Source of the DNA: Octopus bimaculoides
Taxonomy: Eukaryota
DNA length: 64,000 bases
Reading direction: 5' to 3'
Assembly: GCF_001194135.2 (NCBI RefSeq)
Contig: NC_068983.1
Location: 137,441,317 to 137,505,316 of the forward strand
Shown here: positions 50,888-62,519 of the stretch, one piece after another
Position numbering within the stretch: the stretch's first letter is position 1
How the letters are laid out: each line of letters begins with the position of its first letter
The notes under the pieces: model-generated
Told to the model about the DNA's origin: nothing
Database searches by the model: none
The model's input: the letters and a program-made list of their open reading frames with translations, nothing else
Translations under genes and position numbers: made by a program

Positions 50888-51465
50888 GTTTTTTACGTGC
50901 CACCTGCACAGGAGCCAATCCAGCGGCACTGGCAACGACCTCGCTCGAATGATTTTCTAACATGCCACCGGCACAAGTTCCAGTAAGGCGACGCTGGTAA
51001 CGATCACGCTCAAATGGTGCTATTTACGGGCCACAAGCACGGAAGCCAGACAGCTGCTCTAGCAATGATCACACTTGGACAGTGCAGTTAGTGCTCCACT
51101 AGCACAGGTGCCAGTCATCGAATGTGGTTCAATTATGATTTCGATTTTACTTGCCCCAACAGGTATTTATAAGCAAAGTTTAGTGTCCAATGAAGGAGAG
51201 GTTGGCATGGGTGCCAGTTATCGGATTCGGTTTGATTTTGATTTCAGATTTCAAATTCACTTGCCTCAACAGGTCTTCGCAAGCAGAGTCCAATGAAGTA
51301 AAGATACAAATAAATGAGCTGGCTACACTTCTACCAGAGGCCACAGGTTATGCTCTTACTTGGCTTGCAATGGGCGATAGTCTGTTTGTAAACTGTCTAC
51401 CATGTGTAAACTTGTGGAACTTTTTTATGCCGAATATAATTGCCAATGCCTCTTTTTCAATTTGG

Positions 51466-52220
51466 CTATAATTTTTTTCCATTGGCAATAGCGTCCTTGA
51501 CATGAGCTATGGCCTTTTGGCTGCCATCTTCACATTTGTGTAGGAGTACAGCACCTACCCTGTACTCACTAACATCTGTTGCCAGTATCGTTTCCAACAT
51601 TGGATCGAGGTGTGTAAGCAACAAGTCTGAAGTTAACATGCTTTTTAGTTCCTCAAATGCTTTCTGGCATTTTCTGACCAAAACCATTTTGCATCATTTT
51701 TTAACAGCTCATTTAGTGGAACACTTATGTTGTGTATGTTTGGGATATATTCTTGATAGTAGTTTACCAAGCCTAAAAATGTTTGTAACAATTTGACATT
51801 TGTTGTGGGAGGCACATTCCATATTGTCATCATCCTTAATGGGTCTGGCCTTTATCCCCTTTTGTCAATTACTTGACTTACATATTTGATTTTTTTCATC
51901 AAAAATTCAGACTTTTCCTCTGTTGGTCTAAACTCATATTCATTTATTTTTCCAAATACTTTTTTAATATGTTTGAAGTGTTGCTCCACAGACTTGCTCT
52001 TTATCAAAATATCATTAAGATAAGCGATGGTGGTGATCAATGATGTTTGATCAAGCTCAGTAAGTCATTTGTGGAGTCCTACAAGGCACTTTATTGGGTT
52101 CTCTTCTATTCATAATTTACTTTAATGACATCATTGACTTCATCAAACACAACATAAGAATTTATGCAGTTGTCTGAATGCTTCTAAATGTAGGAGACCT
52201 GACAAATCTCCAATTGGATA
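51466..52220 (-). mobile_element. Degraded Ty3/Gypsy RT-RNase H fragment
   Basis: IAYLNDILI, LQTFLGLVNYY, KAFEELKSMLTSDLLLTH...TDVSEYRVGAVL in three frames. Confidence 0.85.
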
Positions 52221-52344
52221 TGATCTGTTATTCAGTAGGTGAAAAAACACAATCTACAGCTAAATAAGGATATGTTCACATGTACCACTCTGCATGTATT
52301 CGTGTAGATGATTCTTTTAAACATCTTGATATTATTGGGTAGAT

Positions 52345-53893
52345 TTTGATCCTTTCACCTGCACGATTTTCATTCAGAAAAAAAAACTCAGAATGTTTGT
52401 ATGGAATTAAGTACCCTGATCTCCTAATTATGCTGCAAACTCCTTATTTTTTTTTTTGGAAAAAAGGGAGGAGGTCTGGTCACCACCCATCCCCCATATT
52501 CTGGAATCATTGGAATTTTTTTTTTTTCGTTGAATGAATTCTGGTGACTTCCTAATATGCTACAGAACCGTTTTTGGATCCGGAAAATGGGGTGGGGTGA
52601 AGTGAAAGCCTTGGAAATTTCACCTCCCACCTCCATTGATCTTGCATGATTTTCACTAAGAAAAAAATACTCGGATTTTTTGCATGGAATCAAGTAACCT
52701 GACCTCCTAATATGCTGTAAACCACTTATTTTTGTTCGGAAAAAAAGGGTGTGTGGGAAACCNNNNNNNNNNNNNNNNNNNNNNNNNNNNNNNNNNNNNN
52801 NNNNNNNNNNNNNNNNNNNNNNNNNNNNNNNNNNNNNNNNNNNNNNNNNNNNNNNNNNNNNNNNNNNNNNNNNNNNNNNNNNNNNNNNNNNNNNNNNNNN
52901 NNNNNNNNNNNNNNNNNNNNNNNNNNNNNNNNNNNNNNNNNNNNNNNNNNNNNNNNNNNNNNNNNNNNNNNNNNNNNNAAACGGGGTGGGGTGAAACCCT
53001 CGGAAATTTCACCCACACTCCCATTTTCAAATAATTTTTGCTATTTCTTTCTTTATCCATAATTTTAGATAACATTTTGCAGAAATATGTTTTCTCCACA
53101 CACAAAACTGAAACGCATTTCGGCACTAGAAATAGATTTTCTCTTTGCAATTTTTGGCGTCGAAATTTGTTTCATTTTGTGGGGGGAGTTGAGTGGGTGA
53201 CGAAGTTTACCGAAACATTGAATGGATAACAATCTATCGTAATTATATATATCATTATACATCATCATCACCATCATCATTTAACGTCTGCTTTTTATGC
53301 TGGCATGGGTTGAACGGTTTGACAGGACCGGCAAGCCAGGAAAATCTATTCGGGATTATTATATATATTATATCCAGTGATTTTAAGAGGTAGGGAAAAG
53401 ATATTTTGTTAATATTACACTTTTGCTCCGTTTCACTCATACATGCAAAAACTCTAACGTGTTTTTCTTAAGATGAATTCATCGTTTATCTCTCCGCACT
53501 TCGTTACCCCTAACTTCTATAACCTCTGCATTTTCACTTATTTATTTCAAACTTCTTTGAATTTTCAATCTAATGTAATCTACACTCTCTCGAAATCCTA
53601 TTTCTGCAAAATCTTATCTAAAATGATGGGTAAAGAAAGAAATAGCAAAACATATTTGAAAATGGAGGTGGGGGGTGAAATTTCCGCGGGTTCCACACCA
53701 CCCCGTTTTCCTGACCCCCAAAAAGGTTTAGTAGCATATTAGGTCACCAGAATTCACTCAAGGAAAAAAAAAATTCCAATGATTCGGGGATGTGGGGGGG
53801 GGGTCCGATTTACCCCCTTCCTTTTTTTCCGAACAAAAATAAGGAGTTTGCAGCATAGGAGGTCAGGACACTTGATTCCACGCAAAAAATTCG

Positions 53894-53930
<37 letters not shown>

Positions 53931-53955
53931 CTTAGTGAAAATCGTGCGGGTGAAA
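52345..53955. mobile_element. Large non-autonomous inverted-repeat element with ~290-bp arms and internal partial copies
   Basis: 52345-52635 is inverted relative to about 53660-53955. Termini are only loosely piggyBac-like. Confidence 0.55.
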
Positions 53956-54496
53956 AATTCAAATAGTACCTATTATTGTTTATGCAATGCTTGTATTTTA
54001 GGACATGGAGACAGTATTTTATTTTTATAAATCGTTTTGAGTTGTGGTTTAATTCGTGATCATGTATATAGCTTGTAATGGAGACACAATTTTGACACAA
54101 AAAATATAATTGTTGACTTGTTTACGAAGTGTCAAACACACCCATATTTTCACGACAAAAGTTAGAGACGAAACTCCTCTTACATAAGGTTTATTTATGC
54201 GAATAAGAATAGCGACATTTACTATCCATCTCTTTTAACGGTTTTCTCAGAATGTTCATGTATATGTGATTGTTTCTTTCCTACTTCGGTTAACAAGTTC
54301 TTTATGACGCGACAATTCGCTTAACGTTCATCACTTCATTGTACATTAACGAGAGCCGTACGAGATCACGTTTTTACTTGAATGTTAACTTCACGTAACT
54401 GGAGTTAAAATTAAGGATCCCCCCCCCCCCGACACACTTAACTCTCATTGGAGATTTGTCTCTGTTCTGTTTTGCAAAATAAATTTTCGAATAGTC

Positions 54497-54934
54497 ATGT
54501 CATCTAAACCCAAAACAAAGAGAAAGCGCAAAGTCATAACGATCCAACAAAAACAGGAAATTATCAACAAATTCGAACAAGGCTTTAAAAGAAGTGTTCT
54601 TTGTACTGAATACGGGCTCCCCCCTTCGACTGTTGCAACCATATGTGCTCAAAAAGAAAGACTAAAATCTGTGAAGGTAATTGATAAATCAACCAGAGTC
54701 TTTAAAAACAGGTCTTTCATAGTCGAAGTAGAGAAGCGTTTGTTAATGTGGATAAAGGAAAAACAAAAGACGGGGGACCAAGTAAATATGGAAGTTATTC
54801 GTGAAAAAGCCTTAGAGATTTATGAACATGTGAAGAACAGCTTCCCCCGTAGTTCAGATTACGAAATTCGTCCATTTAAGGCTAGTCAAGGTTGGTTTCA
54901 TAAATTTAAAAAGAGAGCAGAAATTGCGAACTTG
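54497..54934 (+). CDS. Variable exon V13: CENP-B/pogo psq-HTH plus Tc5-HTH (146 aa), phase-0 donor
   Basis: KRKRKVITIQQKQEII...YGLPPSTVATI...VEKRLLMWI...IREKALEIY...FKASQGWFHKFKKR. Acceptor AATAG|TCATG; donor TTG|GTAAGT at 54934/54935. Confidence 0.92.
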
Positions 54935-55904
54935 GTAAGTACTTATCACCATATTTGTCAATAAATGCTACGTTGCATCGATTTGAGACACGTCAATATC
55001 TAACAGGTCTGATTGTAATCGATCAACACGCGTGTTGATCTAATTCAGACATTCATTTTAGGATAGTTTTCATTTTACGAGGCTGTTCTAAAACCCAAAT
55101 ATACTAGTTAACTAGTGTCTGTTTATACAAACACACAAGAATAGTTTATATAGACACACTCTTTGTACGTGTGGGTGTGATGTTATTATTATTATTATAT
55201 ATATATATGCACACGTGTATGTGTGTATTATATATATAATATTTTTATTTATTAATATTAATCGGCATGAGTTACAGTGACTCAAGGCTCGAGAGATTCG
55301 TGCATGCTACTTATCAAACTGTCAGTTTGGTAAATGGCATCATGAAACTCTCGGCCCTTGAGTCACATTGTAACTTCTGTCGATTAATAATAATAATAAT
55401 AATATATATGAATGTGTATGTGTGTGCATGCATACACGCGCACATTATCATCATCGTTTAACGTCCGGTTTCCATACTGCCGTGATCTGTGCCGTTAGCT
55501 AACAAGCCAGAGGACTGTGCTAAGCTCTGTTGTCTGCTTTGGTCGGATGTTCCTCCTAACGCCAACCACTTTACAAAGTGTATTAGGTGCTTTATCGTTA
55601 GTTCGAAAAATATATTTTGTCGGACTAACAATTATGGATTTATTCACTCACACTTATCGTTGATTTCTTTATTCTAAGTGGCCACACAACTTCTTTCGAA
55701 CTTATCACTCTCTGGAAGGAATGTGTGTGCGTGCGTGCGGGTGTGACTCTTGTTAAGTAGTTTGCTTCACAACCATGTGAATTTGAGTTCAGTCCCACTG
55801 TGTGACACCTTGTGCAAGTATCTTCTAGAATAGACTCAGACTGGACAAAACTTTGTTGGTCGATTTGATAGAAGGAAATTGAATGTTTGTTTATGTGTAT
55901 TCTA

Positions 55905-56245
55905 TTACTTGTTTCAGTTATTAGACTGCAGCCATACTGTGGCACTGCCCTGAAAAATTTTTAGTCGAATCAACCCCAGAAATTGTTTTGTTAAGTCTGG
56001 TACATATTCTATCAGTCTCTTTTGCCAAACTGCTAAGTTACAGGGACATAAACACATCAACACTGGTCGTCAAGCAGTGGTGGGGGACGAACACAAACAC
56101 ACACCCTCACAATGGGCTTCCTTCAGTTTCTGTCTACCAAATCCACTCACAAGGCTTTGGTTGGCTTGAAGCTATAGTAGAAGACACTTGCCCTAGGTGC
56201 CATGCCATGGGACCGAAGCTGGAACCATGTGGTTACAAAGCAAGC
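55905..56245 (-). mobile_element. Full-length tRNA-derived SINE copy
   Basis: Same family as 8250-8626. Confidence 0.75.
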
Positions 56246-57601
56246 TGTCGGATCCTGTTGAACCACCCAGCCCATGTGTGCATAGAGTATGTGCACACAC
56301 ATACTTATATGTGCATGTATACATATGTAACAAGCTTCCATGCAGTTTCCATCAACCAAATTCACTCACAAGGTATTGGTAAACCCACAATATCCAAAAC
56401 ATGACTCAAACTCATACACATACAATGGGCTTCTTTCAGTTCCCATCTACCAAATCCACTCACAAAGGTTTGTTTGGCTATATAGAAAGACACTTGCCCA
56501 GTCCATGCGGTTGGATTGAACTCCAAGCCATGGAAGTGAAGTTCTTAACCACACAGCTTTGTTTGCACTTTTCTCTCTCTGTAGAATCATGTGTTTCATG
56601 TTCATAACATCAATATACTTAAAACCATTTAGTCTTTTTGTAACAAAATAAATCTTGCAATTATAATTCTAAATATGTTTGTCAAACCATTGGATAATAA
56701 ATCTGGGGCAGGACTGGTTGAAAGAGATGTTAAGCTGCTACAAATAAACAAACCATATTGTACAGTTGCAGGTGTAGTTATGACAAATTTTAACTTGATG
56801 AAAATTACCTATAGAAAAAGTCATGTGGCAATTGAAACCATGCCTTGTTGATGATGAAATATATTATGTTTCTGTAACTGATTGTTCATGAATTCAAGTA
56901 AACTGATCACTGGTAGGTCTGTAGAGTCAGATTATGCTCGGTGTTTTACAAGCTGTACTACTCTTTAGCTATAAATAAGGATTTCTTACTTGAGTATATG
57001 GCTTCAGATTTGTATGACTATGAGAAAGAAATTTTATGATGTTCATGCCTTTTTTCAGAAACTTTAAAATGTTGAAGAAGTGAAATAGCTACAACAAAAT
57101 TAAGCAAAGTCATGGACAATCCTTCCTAGCTACTAACTGTTATTCTACAGTATCCAGCAAAGTGATAAAATACTGGAATTTGTTGAGTAGTAGGAAAGGA
57201 ATTGTATGATACCCATGCCATTTGCAAGAGTATTAATAATGTAATTGATGTAAAATATTTACAGTTGAGAGTCAGACTCAAGCTGTTTCACTTGAGTCTG
57301 ACTATTAGTAATCAAAATATAATTTAAGACTTGAACTCTTCTCTAAAAACAATTATTATCTTTTATAACAAAGTGCAAGCCTGTGTGGCTAAGGTTTCGA
57401 TTCATAATTGATCAGTGGTACATTGCTGTACTCTGAGTAAGACGCTAGTTTGTACCAGATTCATGAACTTATCTAAGGTCATATTCTCTCGCTTCTTTAG
57501 AAATTAATAAAACTTCACATTTTCTGCATAATGTAGGGATATTTTTCTACATAAAAGTTCAAACTTGTTTTCTGTTCTTGAATCTATTTTATTATTTGTA
57601 G

Positions 57602-57801
57602 GCAGGCTCATCAAATAAAAACTTATATTTAAACAAAAAAAAGCAGCCTCCTAGCTCTCCTGCTACAGTTCTTATCTCAGACAGTAACCATCCTCCATCT
57701 CCACCTGCCAAAATTCCTAAGAGGCAGGCTTTTCTCAAAGAATTTCAGGAAGAAAATTTGAAAATAAAGAAAAATTGTCAAGAAAATGATTTTACTGACA
57801 G
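57602..57801 (+). CDS. Constant region 2 (paralog), exon A (phase 0 in, phase 2 out)
   Basis: TTTGTAG|GCAGGC; AGSSN...VLISDSNHPPSPPAKIPKRQ aligns with AGPSN...VLIPDDSPPQPSPAKIQKKQ; donor AG|GTAACT. Confidence 0.85.
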
Positions 57802-57894
57802 GTAACTAAATGACTTTTTGACAGCTTCTTACTATGCAAGTATTTTCTGATGAGTTCATGCATTTATCATAATTTTTATCTCAATAAATTTCAG

Positions 57895-58189
57895 GCAAAA
57901 TATTGGTCATATCTCTAAGATAGCTGAGAATTCTCAGGAACCTTCAATCAAAAACCTTATCTGTGTGGTTGAGGAGTCTGAAAATATGCCAGATCCAGTT
58001 CGATTCTCTACTTTTCAAGTTCCAATACCTACTACGCAACCACAGGCCATTGAAATACCACAGCCTCAAGGGAAGAAAATATTTATTCTTGCTGATCATC
58101 AGAAAAATGTAATGTCCAGCCTAGCATTGCTATGGAAGAGTGGAAAATTATGTGATGCTAGTATTGACAATGGTTCATCTACAGTGATG
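57895..58189 (+). CDS. Constant region 2, exon B: N-terminal part of BTB/POZ
   Basis: TTTCAG|G; ...ILADHQKNVMSSLALLWKSGKLCDASIDNGSSTVM; donor ATG|GTAAGT. Confidence 0.9.
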
Positions 58190-58512
58190 GTAAGTTTAAT
58201 TAAAGACTTTATTATGTTAATTTTTTAATCTTTTCCTATATTTGTTTTTCTTTGAGCTTAATAATCCTGAAAAAATTCAAATAATTGCAAGGATTGTTGG
58301 AACAGAAGATTTTAAGCATAGATACTATGATACCTATGTTTGGTGTAGTGTGGAGCATGTTCTGTGTGAACATATTAACTCTGCGAAAGGTTCTTCTAGA
58401 TAACCACATCCAAATATTTATTTGGGTTATACTACTCCTACACCTTTGTGCACACCCAGTGTTGTGATAACATTATTGGCAATGAGATATTCAAACCCCT
58501 GAAGACATAACA

Positions 58513-59257
58513 ATTGGCAATGAGGATATTCGAACTCAAGCTGGATAGATTGTTGTTTGGAACATGGAAGAATCACTAGCTTCAGTAATTGAATTACAGA
58601 AACAACAACAGCAGCAGCAGTTGGTGGAATTGCAGAAGCAACAGCAATTGTTAATACAGCTGTTACTCAACAAAACACCTCTGATACGGTCGCAAACTTC
58701 ATCAGTGAAGAAATTTTCAATCACAAACTGATCATTGTCTTATCTATATATATATGGGTTGAGGAAAGGAATCCTTGCCCATACTGTTGATTACAATGCT
58801 GTGGTACTATATTGCTAAACTGCTTTTAAGATGAAGTTTATACCAGCTAAGAAATTAGAACACTCTCATTGTTTATCAAGACTGATTTTGAAAAATATTG
58901 AACCGTTTGAGGATACTGTGATTGCAGCATTACAAGCAGAAAATGAAATTTAAAATGTTTTATGTAATATCATATGTGAACTACCAGTTACATTACAAGA
59001 CATAAAATTAAAAGTGGGAAACAATCAATTCATTAAAAAAAATGTAAGAAATGCTGAGGGTTAAAAGAGATAAAAATATGCGTTTTACTGAACGCAACAC
59101 AATTTCGAACCTATTTTCAATGTGTGACAGGGTGTTAATGCATGCACAAAGAATCATAGTGCCAGCTACACTACATAAGCGATTACTAAAGGAATTTCAC
59201 ATTGGTCACCCTGGGATTTCGAGAATGAAATCATTAATAAGAAGTTATGCGTATTAA
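58513..59257 (+). mobile_element. Internally deleted Gypsy remnant in intron 2 of constant region 2
   Basis: PBS-like TTGGCAATGAGGAT, gag-like start MEESLASVIELQKQQQ, and integrase zinc-binding region RIIVPATLHKRLLKEFHIGHPGISRMKSL. Confidence 0.7.
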
Positions 59258-60279
59258 ATCTACCCAGCTATTAAATCTACCCAGCCTATGTGGGTTATAT
59301 TTAGCCCATGTCAGCATGGAAATTCGGATGTAAAATGTTGATGATGAACATTTCTGAATACTCTGGGGCGAAGTTTTCATAAAATATTCAGTTGTAGTTG
59401 GTGGAAATGGCGATATATATATATATATATATACCTAATTTCTATCTAAGTTTGAATTTAAAGGGAAGTAACACGTATTTTCTGTATGGCTACTACTGGT
59501 AGTTTTCATATCTAATCCTTAGTTGGTAAGTGATTTTCAAAAAACATAATTATTTTCCCAAAAGGCTCAATAAACCTGCAAAAGGATATGGACAGGTAGT
59601 GCATGTGTTCAAATTGACCGTACTATTTCATCATCATCATCATATGTCCGTTTTCCATGCTGCTGTTTTTAAAATCATTCCTTATTTTCTTTGACTTAAA
59701 AAACACTGATATAACCTGATCTGTATTACTTTAAAAGTATGTTATATGCCTATAGCTTTGAGGCAAATGCACTCAACTATTGGCCTGGTAATGATATAAT
59801 GAAAAACATTTTAATATTGGGATGGTGGGAAAAAAGTAAAAAAGTTTAAGAAAGTATTTCAGTTGAGATAAAAATATTCTTATATTATGTATTGTGTTTC
59901 ATACTTCATGAAGACATGCAAACATTAAAGTTGCTATGTCACCTAATTTGTATTAGTGCTGTATTAAAAATTTTTGATCCCTTAAAATTTTTCAGACTAT
60001 TTGTAACACAGCTCTGGCAAAATATAAACTACAGAATTCATAGAGAGAATTGTCATTTCATTTTTGAAACTAGGCCAATTCGTTATCCTTTTAGATATGC
60101 TCTATAGAATTTAATTACAACACCAAAATTAAAGGCATCTATGCATGAAAGTATTTACTTATAACTATACTCCGATTAAAGAAAAGATTTATAGTTAAAA
60201 GTGAAAAATGTTTTAAGAGATTTTCCCTGGTATTAATTATTTTATAAATCTCAAGATCTTTTTTTTTTATATATTTCAG

Positions 60280-61287
60280 GTACATAAAGTTGTCTTATTT
60301 GCTGTATGTCCTAAACTGTTGTCAGTATTTGGTGCAGAGATGCTCTCTCAGAACTTTCTCCACATTAACTTACCACAGGAAGTTAGCACAAAAGCCTTAG
60401 ATGCTTTTGCTGATTATATGTATAATGGAATTCTAGATCTTGATCCAAATATTTTACATCAGTTAAAAATCATTGCAAAACGTTTGGAAATGAAAGATTT
60501 TGAACAACTGTGTGATAGTCAACTGCCTAATACAACACATCAGCAACCTATTACAACTACTAATGCATTTGTTGCTTCCAACCCAATGACAGGTAATGTA
60601 TCTGTGTCACAAAATGTTACAACACCGAATCAGCTTTCTCCATGTTTCTCTTCAATATCATCTAACTTTCTTTCAACTAACACTACACTATCCAGTGGTA
60701 TTAATGACAAGATTTCAAGAGCTGAATTATTACCCAAAGAAAATAGAGTTACATTGTTTGGAAACAACTCTAAGGTTGCCTTATTAGATACTATAGATAT
60801 CAATTCCTCTGGTAATTTTGTCATGGCTCCCACGGTGAAGAATGAACCCATGGAACCTGAAGAAAGCAGATATGAGCATAGTAAGTTCTATTCATCCATT
60901 CCAATTTCAAACGGTTCTCGGACACGAAGCACCATGCTGAATTGTAAGGATGCATCCACTTCAGAATTTGTTTTACCATTGTTAGATACCACACATAGCA
61001 AAGCAATAACAAATGTGATGCGTGGAACATCATCTAAATTAAAATCTAATACATTTGAAAGCTCTTTACATTCTAACTTAGAATTTGCATTGCGTACTGA
61101 AAAGAACATGTGTTTCCAATCTAACCCCATAAGAGAAAACCCTTCTAAACCACAAAATCAAACTATAACAATTCAGTCATTTGATAACATGGTGACATCT
61201 AGTGGCAATAAAAGTGTGTATCCTGCAGGACATTTTACAGTAGGAAGGAACAGAAAACAATTATCATCAGTGCAACTGCCAGTATGA
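60280..61287 (+). CDS. Constant region 2, exon C: BTB/POZ core plus Ser/Thr/Asn-rich tail, stop TGA
   Basis: TTTCAG|GTACAT; VHKVVLFAVCP...AFADYMYNGILDL...IAKRLEMKDFEQLC. Constant region 2 totals 500 aa. Confidence 0.92.
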   Translation, partial: VHKVVLFAVCPKLLSVFGAEMLSQNFLHINLPQEVSTKALDAFADYMYNGILDLDPNILHQLKIIAKRLEMKDFEQLCDSQLPNTTHQQPITTTNAFVASNPMTGNVSVSQNVTTPNQLSPCFSSISSNFLSTNTTLSSGINDKISRAELLPKENRVTLFGNNSKVALLDTIDINSSGNFVMAPTVKNEPMEPEESRYEHSKFYSSIPISNGSRTRSTMLNCKDASTSEFVLPLLDTTHSKAITNVMRGTSSKLKSNTFESSLHSNLEFALRTEKNMCFQSNPIRENPSKPQNQTITIQSFDNMVTSSGNKSVYPAGHFTVGRNRKQLSSVQLPV

Positions 61288-62456
61288 AGATGCTGGTTTC
61301 TATAGAACAGATTACCTTACTCGAAATCATGAAAAAGAGAATGGATTGTGTTGAGTTTTTTTAAGTGTTTGTGCTATTTTGTATGTGTATCATGATTTTA
61401 TGTTCATGGGCTGGATGGTTCAGTGGGATCTAACAGGTTGGAAAACCACATCTTGCTATTGTGGCTCGACTTTTGGCATGGTTTCTATGACTGGCTGCCC
61501 TTCCAATCATGAACCACACGGCGCCAGCACTAGTGAAACTAAAGACCCCCAGCCTTCCATGACTTAAGAGGGAGAATAGGAGAGAGGGTGGAGACTGGAG
61601 ACTTTAGGTAAAGTGTTGAGTGAGTTACAGTGTGAGGATTGGAACAGATTTGATGTCAGAGGATGGTAGTGGGGACAATAACAGAGACTGTTCAAGAAAG
61701 GAGTAATAAAAGTAAACGATAAAAGACATCATGGAAAAGCCTTTATACCCATCAAAAAGTATGTAAAAACTGCAAAATTCATTTTTCATTTAATTTATGA
61801 GGATGTCAGAATTTACTGTGCATCACTGTGACCTGGTTCTAATGTAACTATGAGGCTGTGGTCTATCAATGTATAAAATTTTGAAATAAATGAAAGGTGG
61901 ATTTGACAGTTTTTTTATCTTTTTAGATAGCCATAATGGCTCTTTCACAACATGATAGTTTTAGTTTCAACATGGTCTCAGTTCAAATCACTTGCAAGAA
62001 AGGTACAACTCTGAAATGTACTTGTGGGTTAATTTAACATTTTATATATGCATATGAATATCATCATCATTGTTTTACATTCTGCTTTCCATGCTAGCAT
62101 GGGTTTATGCATATATATATATCTATATATTGGATGATCCAGTGGACTGTTACTCTGGAATTTCCTTGATATGTAGCCTGTTCTTGGGTAAGAATAAGCT
62201 GGATAGGTATATGTGCATAGACACACGTGTAGACTGCAGGCTGGGCTGTGTGATTAACAAGTGTGCTTTCCAACCATGTGGTTTTGGGTTCGGTTCTATT
62301 ATGCAGCACCTTAAGCAAGTGTCTACTATTATGGCCTTTATGAATGGGTTTGTTACACAGAAACTTAAAGTCACTTGTATGTGTATGTACATATATGTTA
62401 CTGTGTGTTCGTGTATATTTGCACTTCTTCAATAATTACCAGTAGGTAATGACACA

Positions 62457-62519
<63 letters not shown>

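Noticed and set aside
49917-53150. Long ORFs containing X runs
   Set aside because: Artefacts of reading through N gaps.
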